Shown here piece by piece: positions 1-12,823 of a stretch of 64,000 nt of DNA (position 1 is its first letter; every line of letters starts with the position of its first letter). The notes under the pieces are model-generated. The model saw only the letters and a program-made list of their open reading frames with translations, did not search any database and was not told the DNA's origin. Position numbers and translations under genes: made by a program. This stretch comes from Octopus vulgaris. Taxonomy: Eukaryota. The stretch spans positions 42,594,001 through 42,658,000 of the forward strand of contig OX597821.1 of NCBI GenBank assembly GCA_951406725.2. The letters run 5' to 3'.

Positions 1-1531
1 AGGTGGCTCCGTTCATACACTCAATTTATTGGTGTGACTCGGGGACCCTGTTTTTTTTTTTTTGTTTTTTACATTTTGTCAACTGAAAGCACTCGGGTAA
101 ATAAGCCGGTGTAGTATGTTTATCTACATTAGTTCAAGATGGAACACATACACAAGACATTGAGTGATGTTCCACTGCAAACATTTCAATCTCATTTAGA
201 TTTCATTTGTTGGAAGATTTTCAGATGAAATGAGCAAAGTTTCCTTATTACATTTTTAAATGATAGCCATGTTGTATACAAATAGTCACAGTATTGTTTC
301 TAGTATGAAATTTTTTAAAAAATCAATAAGTTTAAATGTTTAACTTGCTCCTCTAATTGCAAATTTATTACAATTTTGAATGTAGATGACAAGCTAGTCT
401 AGATTTAAGTTGCTGTACATCACATACAACACTGGCACCAATAAATCTAACAAGAGTTCAAGGATATTGTTTAAAACTCCAGTAAACAGATTTTCATGTG
501 CACTGATGTATTTACCAATTGATAAATCATGTGCTTGGTGAACAATAAGAATTTAAATGACTTGCATATTAATTTTTAATGTATTGTGGCGGAAATAAAT
601 ACAGAAGCAAATGACTTTATATCAACTTTAATCCTTCACTAATTAACAACCCAAGTATAAAATAGTTGTCCTTGGGACATGAGGGCTGGGCTAAATCACT
701 GTAGAACATATTCTGATCTCTACTGATTCTGCCTTTTAGTTTTTATTTAACTTAGTTTTGACCGTTACTGGTCCAGGCCATGTCTAACTTAATAGCATCA
801 ATGGAAGTTTTCATTTGCATCAGTTATGACCTTTGCAAAACCTGTTTTGAATTGAAATTTCCATTTGTACAAGCAACATCTTTGATCTTTCAGTAATATT
901 TTTTTAACATAACTTATTTTTTGTGTTTTGACAGTTTCACTTTGTAGATTAGAGAGGCTTGCTTGTCACTGAAATTGAAAGTTAATTATATATAAGCATA
1001 GTATAATACTTTTTTATAGCCACTTAACCCTGTTGGATTAGAGAGGGTGGATGGTTTGTATTCATTCCTGTGTAACTGCATTTGCAAAGCCTAAACTATT
1101 TACAGCTTTGATCTAATTCTCAAGTCCACAGCTGTAACCAGTATTTCTTGTATTCCTGCAGGTATTGGCATTACTGGTCGAAAACCATGTACTTTTACAT
1201 CAGTCATTGCTTTTGATGTTCAACTTTCTCAACTTGGCATTCATCCTTTCTCATTAACATTGCTCCTCTTTATCAGGCCATACTCATTCACTTATTTTCC
1301 TCCTATAACTACGATTGATGAGCTATGTATTATAGTTTTAACTGGGGCTAGTTTTAAATTTACATTGTGTGAATTGTTTAAACAAGTTGTTCTATACTAG
1401 TTAAGACTTGATTTTGTGTTGCATCTCTATATTATCTTCCTTAATTATGCATTATTAAAACTTTGAACAGTTAATCTTTGACTTGAAATATATAAATGCA
1501 ATGACTTTTATACAATTAGTGCATTCTATAA

Positions 1532-1663
1532 TGACTTGACAGCATTCACCTGGGGTGGGTTGAGCTGGCTTCATTCATCCTCAATGCTGCATCTCACAAA
1601 CGCCGACCAGGCCTGGCGATTTGAGGCTAACGACCGCGTGATCTCCAACCACTCCCTATTCCA
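1532..1663 (-). mobile_element. 5'-truncated RTE-type LINE 3' end with 12-bp target-site duplication
   Basis: GC-richer insert flanked by direct repeat TGCATTCTATAA (1520-1531, 1664-1675); minus strand reads WNREWLEITRSLASNRQAWSAFVR, resembling the W..LA.DR..W...V C-terminus of RTE ORFs. Confidence 0.7.
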
Positions 1664-2365
1664 TGCATTCTATAACGTCTGTAGAATTAAATTTTATTTC
1701 TCTTGCCTGCTATCTTCTAGTTAAGCATTCAGTTTAATGAAGGGGGGGATATTTTGGTATTTTTATTGTGATAAAATAATTTTGCTGTGGCACCAGAATT
1801 GTGAATACAATAATTTGACTAATGTAGGCTGGCAAGTAAGGATGTATATTTGTTCCATAAAGTTTTGGAATTGATTTGATTCACTTAGAACACATTTGAG
1901 ATTTGTTACTGTAGACTTTCCAATCATATTGAAATTAAATTTGTTAATCCAATACAGACTGTTCGTCCTTCCCTCCCTCCATTGTATCAATATAAATTGA
2001 TGATGACGTCAGGATTGCTTAAATTATTGAACATTTTGGACTTATTTCCATTCCATGCTATTTCAGGTCATCTTTGGATGGTTTCAATAAACCTTTGTAT
2101 AAGTGATTGCTACTGCCTTACTCAACTCTGTTTTGAGAAGGTGGTGTAGTGAGTGGTCTGGTATGATCCTTTTCCATGCAATGTAGTCAATTCAAAAAAT
2201 AGGGAGAGGGACTTGTGCATGACTGGTACTATCTTTTGGGTTTTAAATGACTTTGGCAAACATCACTGCTGCCCAAGTGGTGTTGATACAAAGACATGTG
2301 TTCAAGGATTGATTCCTCAGGCTAATGTAAAATTTTCATAAGACAAACTTCCATATGGTCATTCA

Positions 2366-2469
2366 TAGCTGAGGTTCCATGCGGCGGGACTGAAGACTGC
2401 CTAGCTAAAGGTTCCATGCGGCGGGACTGAAGACTGCCTAGCTAAAGGTTCCATAAAGTAGGACTGAAA
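2366..2469. repeat. 37-bp tandem repeat, about 2.6 copies, inside a decayed SINE
   Basis: GGTTCCATGCGGCGGGACTGAAGACTGCCTAGCTAAA starts at 2373 and 2410, with a partial copy at 2447. Confidence 0.85.
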
Positions 2470-2898
2470 ACGAAATTGGCTGTAAAGCATGCCTGCACTT
2501 ATGCAATATTAATAGTAATATTTTCTTACTTTAAGGCAATATCTCAAATGATTTGCAACCAGAAGCTGAAGTATCAAGGTATTTTAATTTGGCCTGATCG
2601 CTGACCTATATTTTTAGATAGGCTAGTTTAGTTCTCATGACTAAACTATCTTGATAGTGTCACCTATCAGTTGAAATTGGTTGTCATCCTGTTATCTCTT
2701 GTCTCCTAGTTACCAGGCAATCAACCAATCCAACTTTTTTCTTTTATTTTTTTTTATTATATAGCAGGGTGAGAAATATCTGGAGTTTAAAGAATTTATT
2801 GGATATTTTTGAAATGACAGCTGTGAAGTTTTGGAAGCTTCATGAGGGACTAGTTTTTAATGTTTGCAAGATTTTAGGGTGACAGTGTGCGGCAAGAA

Positions 2899-3281
2899 GG
2901 CAGTGAGCTGGCAGAAACATTAGCACACCAGGCGAAATGCTTAGCAGTATTTTGCCTGTCGCAATGTGAGTTCAAATTCCACCGAGCTCGACTTTGCCTT
3001 TCATCCTTTCGGGGTCAATTAAATAAGTACCAGTTATGCACTGGGGTCGATGTAATTGACTTAATCCGTTTATCTGTCCTTGTTTGTCCTCTCTGTGTTT
3101 AGCCCCTTGTGGGTAGTAAAGAAATAGGTATTTCATCTGTGTTACGTTCTGAGTTCAAATTCCGCTGAGGTCGATAAATCATGTACCAGTTACGCACTGG
3201 GTTGATGTAATCGACTTAATCCCTTTGTCTGTCCTTGTTTGTCCCCTCTATATTTAGCCCCTTGTGGGCAATAACGAAATT
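2899..3281 (+). mobile_element. SINE family B (GAGCTGGCAGAAACGTTAGCAC head), tandem dimer
   Basis: tRNA-like head with B-box-like GAGTTCAAATTCC, core CCTTTCATCCTTTCGGGGTC..AAGTACCAGTT, tail GCCCCTTGTGGG..AAAGAAAT; second partial unit from about 3129; many other copies in the window. Confidence 0.85.
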
Positions 3282-3615
3282 AGCAGGGTGAGTAGGTTTG
3301 AGGTAAGGTGGATAAAATCAGCTTTTTTTTACAAGAGAAATGGCTTACAATAGTAGTAAAAGATGAATACATAATGGCAGGCTTGTGATATTGCAATTTG
3401 TTTTCAGTAAGTTTAAAGATCAAGTTAGTTTTTTTGCTTTTTTTTTTGTGATTTTTTTTTTTAGTGTAACTTAAATTTCAGTTTTTGACATTGAAGTTCT
3501 AGATTTAAACTGACTACAGCCATCTGTTATACTCTTTGAAAAAGTACATTTCCTTACCTTGTTGACTTTCACTAACATTACACTTCTGATTCATGAATGG
3601 TCATTTAGCTATAGT

Positions 3616-3629
3616 GTTGCCATGGTAAC
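3616..3629. promoter_or_regulatory. RFX X-box motif
   Basis: GTTGCCATGGTAAC matches the palindromic RFX consensus GTTNCCATGGNAAC; it ends about 25 nt before the Prx first coding exon. Confidence 0.5.
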
Positions 3630-3662
3630 AAAAGTATGAAACTTATTTTTCAGATTATCAAC

Positions 3663-3790
3663 ATGCTAAAATTAGCCCAGAAAGCCCCAGAATTTAAAGG
3701 AATGGCTGTTGTTAATGGTGAGTTCAAAACTATCCAGCTGTCAGACTTCAAAGGAAAATATTTGGTGCTATTCTTCTATCCACTTGATTT
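3663..3790 (+). CDS. PRDX1/2: Typical 2-Cys peroxiredoxin (Prx1/Prx2-like), coding exon 1
   Basis: Acceptor tttttcag at 3653, ATG at 3663: [43 protein letters not shown]; donor gtaagt at 3791, phase 2. Confidence 0.95.
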
Positions 3791-5706
3791 GTAAGTATAA
3801 ATTTTCATATCATACAGAAAAAAAAAAACATCTCTCCTTAACCATTTTGATACCAACCCAACTAAAATTACTCCTAATAATTCTGTGATTCAAACTTGTT
3901 TTAAATTGATTTAAATTAAAACCTTCCATCAAGTTGTTCCAGACACCAGCATAATGAGTTACTTTACTAACTACATTTTTCAAAATTAATTGAAAATATG
4001 CTAACAAAGGTTAATTACTGGGTTAGTTGACGAATTAGTAGACTGTATTTTATAAATTGGCAGCCAAATTAGATGATTTGTCATATTTTGAGTTCAAAAT
4101 TCAGCATGGTTACTAAAATCACTTTATAAATAAAATTAATATTACAAATATTTTGAAAGTGCTAGTGTTATTTTAGGGTGGTCATAAATTTTTTCCATCT
4201 TTACTTTTGATCCTACATGATCTCATCAAAAATTTTTGGAATGGATCATCGTTTTCATGGCGCCATCAGCAATATTGCCAAGTACACTGTTCCCAAGTCT
4301 TGGTACATGATCTGTTTATTTAATGTGGGTTTAGAAGTATCAGTTGCTGTCAGTAAAAGTGTCGGCATTGTTTTTAAATATTAAAACATTAATATAAAAT
4401 GGGTAATGAACAGTCACTTAAAAATAACCTCATTTGGAATAAAGTTGTTAATGTTTGATCCCTACAGTTGATAATTATACAGTGGTGGACAGCTATGGAG
4501 CAATCTTCATAGGATATAATAATCTAATTGACTAGCTGGAAATTATCAGATGTTCTGATTGCTGACCAAATATCTAGTTGGCTTGGCTCTTACGGAAACA
4601 AAGTTCTGGGTCAAGAGTATGAGATATTAAGGAGATTAAACAATGAATTCCGTTTTTTTTTTTGTTTTTTTGCATAATATACAATCTTCCCTTAAGATTT
4701 TTAATGAGGTAGGTTCACAGAACAAAATATGTATTTGTTTGTGCTAAGTCTAAGGTGACTAATTTGACTTTCTCACTGTTAGTAATTTTAATTATAAATA
4801 TCCCATCTGTATACATGTGATGGTCTTTGAAGGTTTGGAGAATATTATTTCTATATTCAAATAACATCTAGTATTATTGGAAAGGAAGATAAGATAAATT
4901 CCATGGTGTCAGATACTGTGAAGCTGAAATTGAAATATACTTCATACCCCACTTGCCCCACACACATGCACACACACACACACACACACTAATTTCACTG
5001 AAGATTTTGTTTTAGCTTTATAAACCACTGTTGCACACATTAAATTTATTAGATTTTTCTTTTGATAATGTACAACCTTTTAAGATTTTCAATGATGAAT
5101 TACAGAACAATATATGGGCAGTGTTGTCTGAGAAAGATTTAGATATCCCAATTGTTTTTATTTGGCTAGTAAAAGTTAATCTCAGCTGTGTCTGTCACTG
5201 GTAGTTGATATATTTATCTACAATCTCATCCTTACAAAATTGCCTTGTTTAAAGTATTATGTATGCATTGAAGTATGTCATCTTGAGATATGTATACTTG
5301 TGGGCTGATGTAATTTGTAGTTCAAGTATTTTAGTTTTATGAAGTAAAATGTCTCCAATCAGGTAATGAAAGCAAAATGTTCAAGTGTATAAGAACTTAA
5401 CTGTTATAATTAGGTCTAATATTAGAATATTAATTTCTTGGTATATAGGACATAGAACTGGTGTTGCTCTTTTCCTGGTACAGAATTTCAGGTTCATCTG
5501 TTGAAAGCTTAGTCACTGACAGTTGTGGACGGTCATAATCCACTAGTGACTTACTTTTTGATAGTTTACTTTCTGTCCATGTGAGTTCACTTTTAGTCTT
5601 TAATGCTCCATAATCCTTCAAACAGAACATCACTAAACTCTGCTTGCGTTTTAAATCAGTTTGTCAATTAAATTATGGTAACTTTTTCTTCATACCTATC
5701 TTCCAG

Positions 5707-5823
5707 CACCTTTGTGTGTCCCACAGAAATCACTGCCTTTAGCGACAGAATGGAAGAATTCAAAAAGATCAACTGTGAAGTGGTTGCTTGCTCGACTGAC
5801 AGCCATTATTCCCATCTTGCTTG
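5707..5823 (+). CDS. PRDX1/2: Peroxiredoxin coding exon 2 (peroxidatic Cys, FTFVCPTEI)
   Basis: ttccag|c ACC TTT GTG TGT CCC: [39 protein letters not shown]; donor gtaagt at 5824. Confidence 0.97.
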
Positions 5824-6502
5824 GTAAGTAATTCTTTAATCAATTTGTTCTGAACTATTCCATCTATTATAATTTTATAACTGCTTTTGAAAGGGGTGTG
5901 TGTGCTAGATACAGACATGGCTGTTGAATGATGGTCACATTGCAAATACATGGTTTTGAGTTCAATCCTATTTCATGGTGACTTGGACAAGTGTCTTCTT
6001 TAGCACTGAGCTGATCAAAAACCGTCTGAGTGAATTTGGTTGACAGAAATTGAACTCTTGTATGTTTGTTGACACTTGTATTTCTCCAGAAATTGAGAAA
6101 TAGCAGTGATGTCATTCCTCCTGTCAACAAATCTGCTGGCTTTGTACTTTTGATGTTTTAAGAGATATCTCTCTTGAAAAGGGTTAGCAACAGCAAGAGT
6201 ATCTGGTTAAAATAAACTTGTCTAATCCTTGCTAGCATGAAGAAGCAGATGTAAAATAGTGATTCTCTCTTCACTATTTCAAGTATGAAGTTTGCCAAAA
6301 TCTGTCCACAGTTGTCTCCCATACATTGAGTTAATGTCTTTTTTCTTTACAGCAGTTTGTATCGCTATATCATTTTAATGATTTAGTTTTTCTTGTATAG
6401 ATGTGGGCTTCATTAAATGCCAATGAGAAAAAAAAGGAGTGTATTTACGATGGTGTCTCGTGAATATTTATTATGGTAACAGCTCATCGTTTCCTTTTCC
6501 AG

Positions 6503-6625
6503 GATCAATACACCACGGAAACAAGGAGGTTTGGGAGAAATGAAGATTCCTCTCTTGGCTGACAAGACCCTCAAAATTGCATCAGATTATGGTTGTTTGA
6601 AGGAAGATGAAGGAATTTCTTTCAG
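6503..6625 (+). CDS. PRDX1/2: Peroxiredoxin coding exon 3 (GGLG motif)
   Basis: [41 protein letters not shown]; acceptor ttttccag, donor gtgagt at 6626. Confidence 0.97.
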
Positions 6626-8015
6626 GTGAGTAATTTGCATTTTTAGCAAATTTGAAATATTTGCTGATAGTGCTTGTAGCTTTATTGTAGTTAACATCGA
6701 ATTAGTATTCACAACAGTAAATTACCTGTGTCTGCCATAGTAAGAACAGTGAGGGCACTTTCTCTTGCTCTCTCTCTTGCTCTCTCTCTTTCTCTCTCTC
6801 TCTCTCTTATATGGGCACCACATTTAGCTAGCAGATGTTATTACATCCATCATGAAGTATGTCAGTCCTGTTTTGAGACTGCAAGCTTTCCATAACCAAC
6901 ACAATGCATATGTATAATAAGACTGTGCATAGGCTACCTGTACACTAAAACCAAAATACTCGGACACTTTAAAGTTGCTACTGTAGGCTCTTACAATCTT
7001 TCCTATTATATTCTCAAAGATATCTAAAATGCTGTCCTAAGAACATTGATCACAAACATAAGCACCGAGTCATTAAGAAGTTTGCTTTCCAGTTATGTGG
7101 CTTCAGGTTCAGTCCCATTTTGTGGCACTTTTTTAGATGAAAACTGCTGAAGCTTGCTATGTGAATGTATTTCTCTTTGTTTTGGCATCCTGCAATAGTT
7201 GTAAAACATCTATCACTGTCTTTCAGACAGTATTGCTGCCAATATTCTATGGAAATCTGATCATGGGACAATATTACTTTGCTTGGAAATGCAAGGGTTG
7301 GTGACTATAACAGCATTCTGTTGTAGAAAATCTTCGAATTCCGTCTGACCATGGAAAAGTGGACATTAAATTGACACAGATAATACCATTACCTGAAATG
7401 TTGCAGCTGTTGCATTCACAATGTCTTCCTCTACAGCGCTTACCCCAGGGACCTACAAATTATAATACATGGTCGGTGTGGAAACTTGCAATGTGGTATG
7501 GCTGTGGATCCTACAGTCATCTGATCTGGATGCAATTAGGGTATTCAGTCTAGACTGACCCAGGTTACACACTGGCATAAATTTTGTGTGGTTTCAGAGG
7601 CAGCATTTATGTCAGACTTCTTTAACTGCTATTAGCCAGCACACTCTCCTATAACTTGGGAACTTGTTCATTGCATTAAAACTATTTTCTTTTTTCACCC
7701 AGTTGTCCGACAATGGTTTTCGGTCAATTTAGCTGACTTGACACTTTTTTCTTAAACTCTCCCCTTAAAGAGTGATTCATTTCTTGAATGGAAATGATTA
7801 GATGAAATGACTAGTAAAACAATAGCTTTTTTGTGAAAACCAATTCGTTTGGTATGATTGTAAAGCAGGCTAATAACTATTAATTCACTTAACATATTAC
7901 TAGTAACTATAGTCCACACATAACAATTAGTCATTTAAAAATAAATTTGATTAAAGCAAAGTTTCAGAAACTCATTTCTTCAGATTTATTATATATGGGT
8001 TTTTTTTTTCTTCAG

Positions 8016-8146
8016 GGGTCTATTTATCATTGATGAGAAAGGTGTTTTGAGACAGATAACTATTAACGACCTACCAGTTGGTCGATCAGTTGATGAGACA
8101 CTGCGTTTGGTACAAGCATTCCAATTTACAGACGAACACGGTGAAG
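8016..8146 (+). CDS. PRDX1/2: Peroxiredoxin coding exon 4
   Basis: [43 protein letters not shown]; phase-1 donor gtaaga at 8147. Confidence 0.97.
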
Positions 8147-11100
8147 GTAAGACCTTGCAATCTTAGTTCCATTTTATCTCTGAATGTCAGTAATGTTTGT
8201 AATAATTATCTGACAATGGCTTTATGGCCAATATGAATTATTGGTCTTTCTGATGGTTTTATGGTAGTGTTTAGTCACTAAAGAATTAAAACACATTTCT
8301 TACTAATCAAGTTTTTTAATGCTGTATAATTACTTTCAGATTGCTTTGATACAAGAAACATGAAATTACATCTATAATACTTGATTTCTAGTTTTTTATT
8401 CTTTTCTTTTATAGATCCTTGCTTCTCTTAGAAAATTTTTAACTTCAACTGATTTGAAGTTGATTTGATTCTGTAGGAAAATGATTTAATTGCATACCTG
8501 ATTTACTGAAGTTTATTTTTCAGTAGCCAAAAATTTACTGTATAGTTTTGTGAATATTTCTCCTTCAAATTTATATAATACTGTAGAGCATGTTTACAGT
8601 ATTGCTTGAACATCAATCACAGATGTTAGATTTGTATGCAATTTGGTATTCAAACAGCTTAACCTGATCAGTTGTCAGGTCTGTTTTCTCAAGGAAGAGA
8701 AATAACAGCTTAATCTCCCTTGGCCCACATGCTGCTAATTTAAAGGATATTAGATAGAATTGTACACTACATACAGAATGGTCCTATTTTAGTTTTCTAT
8801 AGAATTGAAATACTTGTAGATTTACTTGGTGAAATAATGTTTGCTCAATGTACATTTGTTTTATCAAATTTTTTCATTGGTATTGATGAAAGACTTGCAC
8901 TGGACAAGTTTCTCTTTGAGGCTTACTAGTAACACTGTCTTTAGCTTGCTGATGTGTTGGTAAGATAATTAATCAATTGTATTGTTGTAGAGGTCCTCCT
9001 AAATTTGTATTGCCTGTGAGCCCATATTACAAGCGTGATTTCCTTTCTGTTGAAGCTTTTATCTTCCCTAGAAAAGATTGACTCAATGGTATTGTAATCT
9101 ATTGTCAGCTTTCTGGTTAATCATTACTTCATTTAAGCTCTTGCATCAGTTTAGTTTCAATGATTTTGATAAGATGGAGTCTGTCCTTTATGTAGTGAGG
9201 GTATTTTTTATTTTTTATCCAGCCACTCAATGGTATGGGTCATTTGTGTAAAGTAAACTAGTTCTAGTTTGGCATAAGATTTTGAAATGAATTCTGCACT
9301 AATTTGATCATGCGAGTCACATGTTGACTTGATGCTTGAATTTGTTCAGGTTCTGAACAATACAGAAAATGAAAACTTGAGTCAATGTTAATATTGTGCT
9401 TTAGTTATGCATTGAGCAATACTATTTGCCTGACTGTCAAAGTGACTGAAGTTTAAACTTCAGTAGTTTTAAGTTTTGGGGTTTCACAATAACTGATGCC
9501 TTTGCTGACAATTAGTTGTTCTATTTCTGTATGTCTAATGCCAGTTATTTCAGAATTAATGTAAAACTAATGCCTTCTTTGATTTTGGCATAATTCTCTT
9601 TAATCATTAAATGATGGTAGCCATATCTTCTAATATATACTTGCTCTTGTATAAAAGGTTGAAAATAATAAATTTCATTTTGAATTGGTCTGTGAATTCT
9701 AATTTAAACTTGTCTATAATTATATGAATTTTATTAGTTTTTTTTTTTCTCTGGAAAACTGTAAATATGAATCCTTTTTTAACCATTTGGAAAGATTCAA
9801 TATAGCTTAAGGTTGTAATTTATAAAAATGAGTATTTCAGGATTGAATTACATTTAATTCTTATAACTTTTAATTTGCTTCTTCTATATTCTTGTCAATG
9901 TCTTTGTGAGATAAATGTTTTTTTTCTGTCAAAATATGAAGGCATTGGACATACTTGGAATATATTTCATCTACTTTGATTCTAATTTCTAAAGCTCTTT
10001 TAAATTAGTTCTTCGAAGTAAAGGTCTTGTAGAAAAAAAATCCAAGCTTTTTTTTTTTTCCTGAAATATATAATTACATTTTAGAATGTAACTAAATTTT
10101 CATTAATATGAATTCTTTAAAAATGTCTAGTTTTCTATTGTGTTCATATGATCATATAAGATTATTCATATCAAAACCTGGACTACTGGATGTGTACATA
10201 AAGTTTAGTCTTGTAGAAGTATTGTTTTGGATTGTTATATGGCACCCCTTCAGGTATGAAAACTACAGATTTTAAGTGAAGCTATCAGTAACCTTAAAAT
10301 ATTAGGTACTTCAATAATAAATTCTTTTTTTTTCTACAGCTTGTTTGAAATGTTAGAATTTCTAACTACTAGCTTATTTTTATGAAATTGCAATGACTGG
10401 CATTGGTTCTGTTCTAGTTGATGACCTTATAAATCCTCAAACACAACCTTACTGTGGTCTTCGTGATGCTGTTACTCTCTCCATGTTGGTGTGTGGGTCT
10501 TTTACTAATTTTTCTTCCCTCTTGACACTATTGCACAAGTGGCATAATATAGTGCACTGTTAGTGTTCTGTCTGTAGTGAAGCCCCCTATTTTAGTTCTG
10601 TAAATATAATTAAGGAACCAGTGTGTATATACTTTTACTGGGCTCAGTCATGGGACTGTAGCCAACTTGAGTAGTTTTCAAAGTAGATCATATTAACTCT
10701 GGTACTTGTTTGATATTCATTGTGGCACCACTGTTATGGGACACAAACATAGAAAGCCCAACATGTAAGACAGGTATCTGTACTTTCTACCTACCAAAAT
10801 TTACCCACAAACTTTTGGTCTGTATCTTGTCGAGTTTCAGAATTTGAATCAACACAATTTGGTTGAGAGAATTGGTTTAATCCTGAGCATTCGGATTAGT
10901 TAGTTAAATATAATGCTTATTTATTCACATTGCTTTGAATAAATCGTGCATTCTCAGTTTCCAGATTTCATTACAATTTTCTTTTACACTGACTTTGTTG
11001 GGTAGTTCTAAAAGGCTGGATATCAGGGTCTGATATGGTCAGTTTAAATGCTAAAATGTTAATTCTTTTTTTTGCTGCATTAGAATCCCTGCTGTATTTA

Positions 11101-12571
11101 GTGTCTGCTGAACTGTGACGGATCAATTTTTATCTGTGTATGTGACTGTAGGGAGTGCTACAGTGCTATCCAGTTTCTGTGGTTGATACATTTTGTAGCA
11201 AGCTACACTTCAAATGCTGCCATTTCTGACAATATATTAAAATATATTCAAGATTCAAATTTCTGCAATGTGCTAACTATTGTAACAGCCATCTTAATAG
11301 ATAAAGGATACATAAATGTATTTCTAGATGCACTCTGTAACTAAGGCTATAGCCATGACTGGAATGGGACTAATAAACTTTCAATGTATAGAGAAGTGGA
11401 TGTCAAACTTGTCATTTTTCCGAGCAATGTTGAGATAAATCATAACATTGCTTGGAGAAACTCAACTGAAGTTGGTCAGTTTGTTTCATTACCAAAGTAT
11501 CCTGGGAGCTACTTGGTCGGCAAATTCCTCTACTGCTGAAGATGGTATGCAGCAGGTCTGTTTCTTAGCAGTTACGCTTCAAACCATAGCTCATACATAA
11601 CAGAAATACTAAAATTCCTTAACCTGTTTCTCATGTCCTCAACACAGTAACAGTAGTAGTGGACATAATACAATACTATATATTCTGCTCTTTCAATGAA
11701 GAGCTGATGTTTTTAAATTTGACTTGGGTAGTCTTTGTAGTCCCCCCCCCACCTCAGAAATAACTGCTGTATGAGATGCAATTATAGGAGTGTAATTGTA
11801 GTAATTGTATTTCACATGGTATGTAAATCAGTATGTGGCTCTGTTCTGGACAAAGATTTTACTGCTACTTTGACTAAATCAGATTCTTGAACAGATTCCT
11901 CCATAGTGCATATTTGATAGGAAATTCCCTGTGCTTTGGCAATAGTAATCGAACAATTTTATTAGAATCTGGCATTGTGGTTGTCATCACAGATCAAGTA
12001 GATCTATGATTAAAGGCAATCCAACAATGATCATCCTTCCTTTTTCAGAGCTATCTTGGATTAGTGTTTTCAAGCTAGTATAGTGTAATTTGATGGCTAT
12101 TTAGCTGTTATGTCTGGCTTGTTGAGTGACAGCTTAGAGGATCCTTCAGTGACACTGAACCCGAAACCAGTAATTGAGAAGCAAACCTCTCAAATGGAAG
12201 ACTTTCTGGCAACTTTTAGTTCTTAGGTATGTCTATTTCGAGATTAACAGTTGACTCAGTTATTAGGATAGAAAACTGCCAGTAAAGTTAAGGCCATAAT
12301 GTAGTCGGGTAAAATTGTAATACAGTAACAAAACATTTATTCATTGGCTAATGTTAATTTAACCTGATCTTTGCAAAGATGGGTAATAACTCCTGATGTG
12401 CCTTGGTCTTATTAAATCTCATAAGTAAATCATAGCCTTGCCTGTAGTTATCAGATTAATAGATGTATTTTGATGGACATGAAAAATTATAATGGGTGGT
12501 CAGTAGATGAATGGTTGTTCCATAAATCATGCTGCATTCTGAAATGCAATTATTAGTTTCTATCCTCAATA

Positions 12572-12823
12572 GAAGCATGGAACAAACTGCCGGCATCAGT
12601 TGTTAGTTGTCGGAGCACTGCATCCTTCAAAACTTCCATGCTTCCTGAGATTCGCCAACACTACACTTGATTTTCTCCCCTCCATACATACACAAGCATG
12701 TATCTGACTCGTACATTGTTCGCTTTCCAGACATTTCTACATTACTGCATGTACTTTATATGCACTTTCTGACAAGTTGTGGTGCACCTGAGCACTGTAT
12801 ACAATAATTTCATTATTATTATA
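12572..12823 (+). mobile_element. 5'-truncated CR1/L2-type LINE 3' end
   Basis: Reads EAWNKLPASVVSCRSTASFKTSMLPEIRQHYT*, the WN.LP..VV...S...FK ending of CR1/L2 ORF2, then a 3' UTR and (ATT)n tail. Confidence 0.75.

Noticed and set aside
3654-3662. N-terminal extension (mitochondrial Prx3 or secreted Prx4) through in-frame ATT ATC AAC before the ATG
   Set aside because: No upstream coding exon with a targeting peptide could be identified in 1-3650; the sequence fits a cytosolic Prx starting at 3663, though an exon outside the window cannot be excluded
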